64,000 bases of DNA from a phage. Both the position numbers and the translations under genes were made by a program. The stretch lies in the NCBI GenBank assembly GCA_017676145.1, contig GCA_017676145.1_3628.1; one strand, written 5' to 3'. Within the stretch, counting starts at the first letter, position 1. Every line of letters begins with the position of its first letter. Positions 57,689 through 64,000 of this stretch are shown here, piece by piece. The notes below the pieces were generated by a model. It was not told where the DNA came from, did no database searches, and was given only the letters and a program-made list of their open reading frames with translations.

Positions 57689-58121
57689 AGAGCTTACTGA
57701 TGCAAAAGCTTTTGGTGAGACAGCCGTGCAAAGGGGGCAGGCTATGGGGCTGGCACTACCTTTTGTCTTAAAAGAGCATTTTACAGATTTTCAGCTTATC
57801 CGGGGCGAAAAGGGAATGCTTATTCTGGAACATAAGCTGAGTAAGAAACGTTATAAAGTTGTTTTTAATTCTAAAGCTCCAACAAAACTTGGATTCAGAA
57901 CTTACAATCTCAACCCTTCTTATACTAAGGGTGTTGGAAGAGTGGAGCAGCAGCATCTCAGTGCTAGAGCTTCTTTGGCCCCTTTGATGCTAAATTTCTC
58001 AGGCGTGGCTTTGGGATACCTGGATAAGAAAAGAGTTCTTCATGTTCGTTTTACAGACTTTGTAACGCTTTTAGCTAACAACGAAGTAGATGAAAAGGGA
58101 CGTGTAAAAACAAACTTCTAA
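57663..58121 (+). CDS. hypothetical protein overlapping methyltransferase 3' end
   Basis: 152 aa ORF; no motif recognised. Confidence 0.3.
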   Translation: MIKSIDLTKELTDAKAFGETAVQRGQAMGLALPFVLKEHFTDFQLIRGEKGMLILEHKLSKKRYKVVFNSKAPTKLGFRTYNLNPSYTKGVGRVEQQHLSARASLAPLMLNFSGVALGYLDKKRVLHVRFTDFVTLLANNEVDEKGRVKTNF

Positions 58122-58136
58122 TAACGTGCAGTATGA

Positions 58137-58340
58137 TTGGAGACCGCAATGACACCAGAGTTAACAATTCCAGACAGCTTTTCAGAAAGCTTTATCCCAG
58201 AAATGATGAATAAGATGCGATCATTGCTTGATCAGATTGAGGAGGCTGTTTGGGAAGACGATGCCGTAGTAGCTAACGAACTGGTAGATAAGTGTAAAAG
58301 TATTATTGATGCAGTTGAAGAATACCACGGAGGTTTTTAA
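58137..58340 (+). CDS. hypothetical small acidic protein
   Basis: 67 aa ORF. Confidence 0.3.
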   Translation: METAMTPELTIPDSFSESFIPEMMNKMRSLLDQIEEAVWEDDAVVANELVDKCKSIIDAVEEYHGGF

Positions 58341-58942
58341 TGGATATTATTGTTCTTAATGCTCCACCAAGTTCTGGAAAAGACCATATCGCAGATCTTT
58401 TGTTGGAAGCCATTCCAAACTCGCATCACCGCGAGGTAAAGGAAATGCTATTCAGTGTGGCAATTAAGGCAGCTGGTATTTCACCACAGTTGTGGAATGC
58501 ACTCTATGATCGCCGCTACAAAGAAGAACCGTGCCCGTTCTTAATGATAGACGGCAAGCATGTTTCTCCGCGAGAATGGATGATCCATTGTAGTGAAAAT
58601 CTGATCAAACCTATCTTTGGTGAAGATGCTTTCGGTAAGGCCGCAGTCGCATCCTTGAAGAAAGATTTCCCTGAAGGTAAAGGGGTTGTTGTTTACTCCG
58701 ATGGTGGCTTCAAAGAGGAGCTGGCATGCCTTGGCGAGTACGCATCCATCACAGGTGGCGATCTTCTACTGTTCCGTATCCACCGTGCAGGATATGATTG
58801 GGGAAATGATTCCAGAACTTACCTTAGCCTAGAGAAGAACGGGATAAAAGGTATTGAGTTTGATGTTGTTAACCCCGAGGGAGCTCCTTGGGAGTGCGCA
58901 TCTGAGATTGTGTGCAAGTATATTGATGCTAAAGAGGGCTGA
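58340..58942 (+). CDS. deoxynucleoside monophosphate kinase (T4 gp1-like)
   Basis: N-terminus MDIIVLNAPPSSGKDHIADLL parallels T4 gp1 LIFLSGVKRSGKDTTADFI. Confidence 0.55.
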   Translation: MDIIVLNAPPSSGKDHIADLLLEAIPNSHHREVKEMLFSVAIKAAGISPQLWNALYDRRYKEEPCPFLMIDGKHVSPREWMIHCSENLIKPIFGEDAFGKAAVASLKKDFPEGKGVVVYSDGGFKEELACLGEYASITGGDLLLFRIHRAGYDWGNDSRTYLSLEKNGIKGIEFDVVNPEGAPWECASEIVCKYIDAKEG

Positions 58943-58947
58943 GAACA

Positions 58948-59541
58948 ATGCTGATCGGAATTGATGTAGATTTAACACTGGTAGACTCAGGAACAGCATG
59001 GTGGGAGTGGCTAGAGCGTTTATATGGTCCAGCCAGCAAGACAGTCGCTAAACCTTCTAACGGACTGATGTATTACGATCTGTCAAAGTATTGGCCTGAT
59101 CGCCCCAAAGAAAACATCATAGGGCCTTTTGATTTCTGGAGTGACCCGTTCCTCTACGACTTTCTTAAGCCTGAAGAGGGGGCTATTGAGGTTATGAAAG
59201 ATTTGGTGGCTCGTGGTCACAAGCTTGCGTTTATCTCTGTATGCAAGAAAGGTCACCTTGCATCTAAATCAAGGTTCTTAAAGCGTTGGACCAGCGATTT
59301 TATGGATCTTGACGATCACACCCAGGGTCACGGCTTCTACGCCACACATTTCAAAGGTAATGTGGCTGTAGATGTTATAATTGACGACAGGCATGAATAC
59401 CTGAACCAATTCGCTTCACGCCCTGAAGTTATTAAAATCTTAAAAGACACTCCTTATGAACAATTCGAGGAGTTGAAGGTTAGTGTTGACTATACCGCTA
59501 ACAGCTGGTATAAAATAGGGAAGTTTTTAGAAGGTATTTGA
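58948..59541 (+). CDS. HAD-superfamily phosphatase (nucleotidase candidate)
   Basis: N-terminal IGIDVDLTLVD (DxD motif). Confidence 0.45.
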   Translation: MLIGIDVDLTLVDSGTAWWEWLERLYGPASKTVAKPSNGLMYYDLSKYWPDRPKENIIGPFDFWSDPFLYDFLKPEEGAIEVMKDLVARGHKLAFISVCKKGHLASKSRFLKRWTSDFMDLDDHTQGHGFYATHFKGNVAVDVIIDDRHEYLNQFASRPEVIKILKDTPYEQFEELKVSVDYTANSWYKIGKFLEGI

Positions 59542-59542
59542 A

Positions 59543-59743
59543 ATGGGCAGATGTTCTAAAGGTGGCGATCCTGTAGTCAGATACGGTGACTGGCTAGAGG
59601 TGTATGATCTGGGTGGTAAGCTGGTGTACGCCTCTAGGATCACCCAAGATATGTGCTCCGATATGTTTAACAGATACCTTGCATTTAAGGCCAACATAAA
59701 CCCAGACGAAATTTCCAAAATTAAAACAAGGAGAGCTAAATAA
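59543..59743 (+). CDS. hypothetical protein
   Basis: 66 aa ORF. Confidence 0.3.
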   Translation: MGRCSKGGDPVVRYGDWLEVYDLGGKLVYASRITQDMCSDMFNRYLAFKANINPDEISKIKTRRAK

Positions 59744-60726
59744 TGCTAAAACTGTGCACTGCAAAGATTATTGCCGACAGCATTTCCGAGAAAGGTAAGC
59801 GTATCACTACTTTTGAGCTAGAATATCCTCGAATTATTCACTCAGAGCTTATGACACATCGAATGTTCAGCCGAAACGCTATGTCTTCTCGTGCAGTACC
59901 TGTCAGCAAGATGCTGCAGCAAATTGTGGAGAATCCGGCAATGCCAGTTCGCTTCGGTGTAAATAAGCGAGGAATGGAAGATGGAGGGGAACACGATCAA
60001 AAGATCCGTGTAGAATACACTGACATGGAGATGACCCCTGAAGAGTTTTGGAAAGAAGCTGCAAAAAACGCCGCTTGGCATGCAGAGAAGTTCGCCCTTG
60101 CTGGTTACCATAAGCAAGTATGTAACCGCTTAGTAGAGCCGTTCCAGCGCATGAAAACAGTTGTAACAAGCACAGAGTGGAATAATTTTTTCCACCTGCG
60201 TTGCTGGCACGATGCGGATCCTACGATTCAGATGTTGGCTAATTGCATGCAGGATGCTATTATGAATAGCACTCCTGAAATCCTTAAACCGGGTCAATGG
60301 CACACCCCATATGTAGAGCATGTTTATTTGGACGGAGAGTTTAACTACGCTGTACGTGACACAGAAGGAAAGCTCTGCATTCTCGATACTAAAGAAGCTC
60401 TGTCTATTAGTGCTAGTTGCTGTGCACAAGTATCTTATCGAAATATTGACAGCACGTTTGAAAAGGCAGACAGTGTTGCTAAAAAATTGATTGGTGGGGA
60501 TCGTATTCATGCAAGCCCTTACGAGCACCAGGCAACACCTATGGATCACGATAACGCAATGGAACGTTTAAACTACTACCTGTCTTCATGTGAAATCACA
60601 CAGGACAGCTGTGTTTGGCAGGAAGGTGTAACCCATCAAGACCGCGACGGTAAATTCTGGTCTGCCAACTTTTGTGGGTGGGTTCAGCACAGACAGCTGC
60701 TTAATAACCACTTCATGAAAGGTTAA
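59743..60726 (+). CDS. thyX: flavin-dependent thymidylate synthase
   Basis: ThyX-type motif THRMFSRNAMSSR (RHR...S...R pattern). Confidence 0.7.
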   Translation: MLKLCTAKIIADSISEKGKRITTFELEYPRIIHSELMTHRMFSRNAMSSRAVPVSKMLQQIVENPAMPVRFGVNKRGMEDGGEHDQKIRVEYTDMEMTPEEFWKEAAKNAAWHAEKFALAGYHKQVCNRLVEPFQRMKTVVTSTEWNNFFHLRCWHDADPTIQMLANCMQDAIMNSTPEILKPGQWHTPYVEHVYLDGEFNYAVRDTEGKLCILDTKEALSISASCCAQVSYRNIDSTFEKADSVAKKLIGGDRIHASPYEHQATPMDHDNAMERLNYYLSSCEITQDSCVWQEGVTHQDRDGKFWSANFCGWVQHRQLLNNHFMKG

Positions 60727-60727
60727 T

Positions 60728-60755
60728 CCTATCGCAGCGATAGGTAACTTTTGTG
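60728..60755 (+). terminator. hairpin terminator after thyX
   Basis: palindrome CCTATCGC-A-GCGATAGG followed by TAACTTTTGTGTT. Confidence 0.45.
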
Positions 60756-60784
60756 TTGACTAATAGTATTAGATAATCTATAAT
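60756..60784 (+). promoter_or_regulatory. sigma70-like promoter
   Basis: TTGACT (60756-60761), 17 nt spacer, TATAAT (60779-60784). Confidence 0.5.
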
Positions 60785-60824
60785 AATGGCTCACTTTGTT
60801 GGTGAGCCAGAAATGGAGACAGAT

Positions 60825-61286
60825 ATGAGTAATGTTATGATTCCTAAAAAGACATTTATTTCAGTTACTTTAGATTTCCTATCTACTGTTCCCGGGTTTA
60901 ACGTTCGCACACGAAACGGTCTCCGAGCTGCACTCTTTGCTGTAGGGTTTGATTTAAAAAATATTGATGTTCTTCGTGGAAAAAACGTTCGATGCAAAAA
61001 TAAGCCAACCCATTATCGAAAGGCAGATGTATTTGCTGGTGTCATGCGTGCAGACTTTAGATACCCGCAGATGTATAACGGTGTAGATATTTTAGATGTA
61101 GATAAAGCACCCTGTGAGGCAATGCTTGTTCAAGATCTTCCGTATGATATCCCAGTAGAAGATCGTGTTAATGTGAGAAAGTATACAAAACAATCTGAAA
61201 AGGCTGAAGATATTCATATTGTTGATGAACCTTTCAATTTTGAAGATCTGCATCGCCTGGAAAAATTATTCGGTATTGAAAGCTAA
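60825..61286 (+). CDS. hypothetical protein
   Basis: ORF 60786-61286 trimmed to ATG at 60825 (GGAG upstream); the 60786 ATG overlaps the -10 box. Confidence 0.35.
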   Translation: MSNVMIPKKTFISVTLDFLSTVPGFNVRTRNGLRAALFAVGFDLKNIDVLRGKNVRCKNKPTHYRKADVFAGVMRADFRYPQMYNGVDILDVDKAPCEAMLVQDLPYDIPVEDRVNVRKYTKQSEKAEDIHIVDEPFNFEDLHRLEKLFGIES

Positions 61287-61296
61287 GGTGGTGAAG

Positions 61297-61527
61297 ATGA
61301 GTCATAACTCCAAGTGGAAGGATCTTGGTTTTGCAAGTCGGGCAGAGTATGTTGGTTGGCTTTGGTTCAACGGTCTGACAAACGATATTAAAATGTATGA
61401 TGATGTTTATTATGATGAGTATACAGGTAAAATTATAAATATCTCTGTAGAAGAGGATACTTTTATCCAACAAGACACTGATACCTGCCTTGATAAATAC
61501 GTTGATGAAGTGGAGGAAGCAAATTGA
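61297..61527 (+). CDS. hypothetical small acidic protein
   Basis: ATG at 61297 after AAGGTGGTG; 76 aa. Confidence 0.3.
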   Translation: MSHNSKWKDLGFASRAEYVGWLWFNGLTNDIKMYDDVYYDEYTGKIINISVEEDTFIQQDTDTCLDKYVDEVEEAN

Positions 61528-63839
61528 TCACCAAGGTAATTAAAAGCAACGGATGTGAAGTGGCATTCGATCCAGAACGTTTAAATAAGGCAGCTATTTT
61601 CGGTGACGACGGTAACGGCAATTGGTCACATATTGCACTTGATGCATACAAACGGCTGTATGATGGGTGTACAACCAAAGAAGTTAACCAAGCTATCATA
61701 GACTCCTGTGTTAGCCGTAAAGACGAAGCTCATTCTCGTATGGCTGGTCGTGTTCTTATCGGTCAGATTTATAAAGAGGCTTTTGGAGGATTTACAAAGA
61801 TCCCTTCCTTACCCTCATTTTACAATACCATGGTTGATAAAGGGTATTGGGAGGATATGGGTTATAGCTTTACCGAGTTAAACACTTTAGACGCTGTTAT
61901 TGATCACAGTAAAGATCTCGGTTATGGCTATGCAGTCCTTAAACAGTTTCGCGACAAATACGGGATCAAGGATACTCTTAAAGACACCCTGTTTGAATCT
62001 CCCCAGATGATGTTTATGGGGATAGCAATGGCTGTCATGAAGAATATGCCGAAAGAACGTCGTATCAACGATGTTGTAAAATTATACACTTATCTGTCGG
62101 ACTTGAAGATTAATGCCCCGACACCGTACTTAAACGGTCTACGCACAGGTAAGACAGGGTATGCATCTTGTTGCGTAATAAAAGCGGACGATACAGCAAA
62201 ATCTATTGGTGTGGCACGTGAAGTTGCGTACACAATGACGGTTAACCAAGCAGGTATTGGCTACTATCTATCATCAAGATCTGCAGGTGATGGTGTTCGT
62301 GGTAACACTATTAAACATATGGGTAAGCTTCCATATTATCGAGGCATTGATGCTGGGGTTAAGGAGAATAGACAACAATCACGCGGAGGTTCGGCAACGG
62401 TATCATTCCTTGCGCTAGATCCACAGATTGATGAACTGATCCGTTTGAGAAACCCTATGACTGTTGCTTCAAAAAGAATCAACACCATGGACTACTCTAT
62501 AGGTATTAATAGATCATTTATCAACCGTGTGGCTAAGAATTTAGATTGGATGCTTGTTTCTTATAAGCACGCACCTCAACTGCACGAGGGTATCTTCACC
62601 ATGTCTATGGAGGAGTTTGATGCAGAGGTTGATCGTATCGCTAAAGATGACAGCATTCCTAAAACATGGATCCGTGCTAGAGACCTTGCCGTTGAACTGA
62701 TCACGCAGCGTACCGAGGTAGGCAGGCTGTATGTGTACTGGACAGATGAGATGAATAGACATACACCTTTTAAAGATGTAATCTATTCAAGTAATCTGTG
62801 TGCAGAGATAGCTCTTCCGACAAAAGGCTATTCAGATATGCGTAATATCTTCAAGTACGATGCTGATGATGGTGAGGTTGCATTGTGCTTCCTATCATCT
62901 CTTGTAGCTGGAAGGGTTACTCCAGAGGAGTATGAGGATGTTGCATACTACACTGTGCTTATGATTGACAATGTTATGGAAATTATGACATATCCGTATG
63001 AAAATATGGAGAGCACTGTTAAAAAACGCAGATCCATCGGGGTTGGCCTTACCAATGTTGCACATTTTATTGCCAGCCACAAGGTTGCTTACGGATCTCC
63101 TGAAAGTAAACAGCTTGTTCACGATCTTGCAGAGCTCCACAGCTACAGCTTGCATAAGGCAAGTTTACGATTGGCAAAAGAGCGCGGTGTCTGCGAGTGG
63201 ATGCATAAAACAAAATACCCAGATGGTTGGTTACCAATCGACACTTATAACAAAGAGGTCGATAGTGTGGTGAAAGATCCTTCTCTTAAGCAGGATTGGG
63301 AAGGGTTACGTAAAGAAATTATTGAAAACGGTGGACTACGTAATAGCGTTCTTGAAGCATACATGCCTAATGAAAGCTCTTCGTTGGCAACAAACACCAC
63401 TAACGGGGTTTATCCTGTCCGTGAACACATTATCTTTAAAAAGTCACCACAAGGGCAGGTGCTGTTTATCGTTCCTGACTATGATGAGTTGAAAGAGTAT
63501 TACACCTCGGCTTGGGACGTTGATACTAACGACATGATCGATATGTATGCTGTAATTCAAAAATTCACAGGTCAGGCAATCAGCGCGGATTTATACATAG
63601 ACTACACCAAGTTGAAAGATGGTAAAATTTCAATGAAGGAGCAGTTAGGGTACCTTATCCGTGCCACTAAATTCGGGATGAAGACATGGTATTATTTAAA
63701 CTCTAGGGTTGGTGCTGGTGACTCCTTGGCAGAGGAACTTCATGCCAAGAAACAGGCTGAAGATGAAACCAGAAAGAACTATCCTTTGATTGCAGATAGT
63801 TCAGTTGAAGATCCGTATTGCGAAAGCTGTGCACTATAA
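61524..63839 (+). CDS. nrdA: ribonucleotide reductase class I large subunit
   Basis: N-terminal ATP-cone-like MITKVIKSNGCEVAFDPERLNKA; active-site NLCAEI; C-terminal CESC tail; 771 aa. Confidence 0.85.
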   Translation: MITKVIKSNGCEVAFDPERLNKAAIFGDDGNGNWSHIALDAYKRLYDGCTTKEVNQAIIDSCVSRKDEAHSRMAGRVLIGQIYKEAFGGFTKIPSLPSFYNTMVDKGYWEDMGYSFTELNTLDAVIDHSKDLGYGYAVLKQFRDKYGIKDTLKDTLFESPQMMFMGIAMAVMKNMPKERRINDVVKLYTYLSDLKINAPTPYLNGLRTGKTGYASCCVIKADDTAKSIGVAREVAYTMTVNQAGIGYYLSSRSAGDGVRGNTIKHMGKLPYYRGIDAGVKENRQQSRGGSATVSFLALDPQIDELIRLRNPMTVASKRINTMDYSIGINRSFINRVAKNLDWMLVSYKHAPQLHEGIFTMSMEEFDAEVDRIAKDDSIPKTWIRARDLAVELITQRTEVGRLYVYWTDEMNRHTPFKDVIYSSNLCAEIALPTKGYSDMRNIFKYDADDGEVALCFLSSLVAGRVTPEEYEDVAYYTVLMIDNVMEIMTYPYENMESTVKKRRSIGVGLTNVAHFIASHKVAYGSPESKQLVHDLAELHSYSLHKASLRLAKERGVCEWMHKTKYPDGWLPIDTYNKEVDSVVKDPSLKQDWEGLRKEIIENGGLRNSVLEAYMPNESSSLATNTTNGVYPVREHIIFKKSPQGQVLFIVPDYDELKEYYTSAWDVDTNDMIDMYAVIQKFTGQAISADLYIDYTKLKDGKISMKEQLGYLIRATKFGMKTWYYLNSRVGAGDSLAEELHAKKQAEDETRKNYPLIADSSVEDPYCESCAL

Positions 63840-63846
63840 TTTTAAA

Positions 63847-63868
63847 GGGGCTTCGGCCCCATTTTAGA
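63847..63868 (+). terminator. hairpin attenuator between nrdA and nrdB
   Basis: GGGGC-TTCG-GCCCC hairpin followed by ATTTTAG. Confidence 0.35.
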
Positions 63869-63877
63869 GGTAGAATA

Positions 63878-64000
63878 ATGGCTGTATTTAATGCTGAGAA
63901 CACCGCTCATAAAACTGGTGACTATCCGCTGTTTCTGGGACAGCAAATGGGTATGTACGACTCTATCAACAAAAAATATCCACAACTGTTTGAACTATAC
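63878..64000 (+). CDS. nrdB: ribonucleotide reductase small subunit, N-terminal part (runs past window end)
   Basis: ATG at 63878 after AGAGG; PLFLGQQMGMYDSINKKYPQLFEL parallels NrdB N-terminus (PMFFG...YD...F.EL). Confidence 0.65.
   Translation, partial: MAVFNAENTAHKTGDYPLFLGQQMGMYDSINKKYPQLFELY

Noticed and set aside
60786-60824. ATG at 60786 as the start of the gene after thyX
   Set aside because: This ATG overlaps the -10 box of the promoter at 60756-60784, so it would not be in the transcript; the ATG at 60825 with GGAG upstream was used.
1-64000. Prophage boundary, integrase or host flanking genes
   Set aside because: No integrase, att-like repeats or bacterial housekeeping genes were seen; gene content is phage-like throughout.

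Overview
This 64 kb window is a contiguous block of a large virulent tailed phage genome (Caudoviricetes); no host flank, integrase or att site was seen. Positions 1-41000 are a minus-strand late morphogenesis operon: two paralogous tail-fibre cassettes, a lambda J-like central fibre, a large fibre with a C-terminal intramolecular chaperone, a putative depolymerase, baseplate proteins, tape measure, a frameshifted chaperone pair, tube and sheath candidates, head proteins, portal, and a terminase large subunit split into three exons by two group I introns (one carrying an HNH homing endonuclease), preceded by a spanin pair. Positions 41385-42324 hold seven minus-strand tRNA genes, one atypical. 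Positions 42400-46233 carry minus-strand early genes, an origin-like iteron array, and a polynucleotide kinase plus metallophosphoesterase. Positions 46350-64000 are plus-strand: RNA ligase, a SIR2-family protein, MazG-like protein, DNA ligase, lambda R-like endolysin, flap endonuclease, two junction resolvases, DEDDh exonuclease, adenine methyltransferase, dNMP kinase, ThyX, NrdA and the start of NrdB. All calls come from reading the translated ORFs and the DNA by eye; no database search was run, so family names rest on recalled motifs. The most notable items are the intron-split terminase, the RNA healing-and-sealing cluster with an adjacent sirtuin, the atypical UUU-anticodon tRNA and the iteron array.
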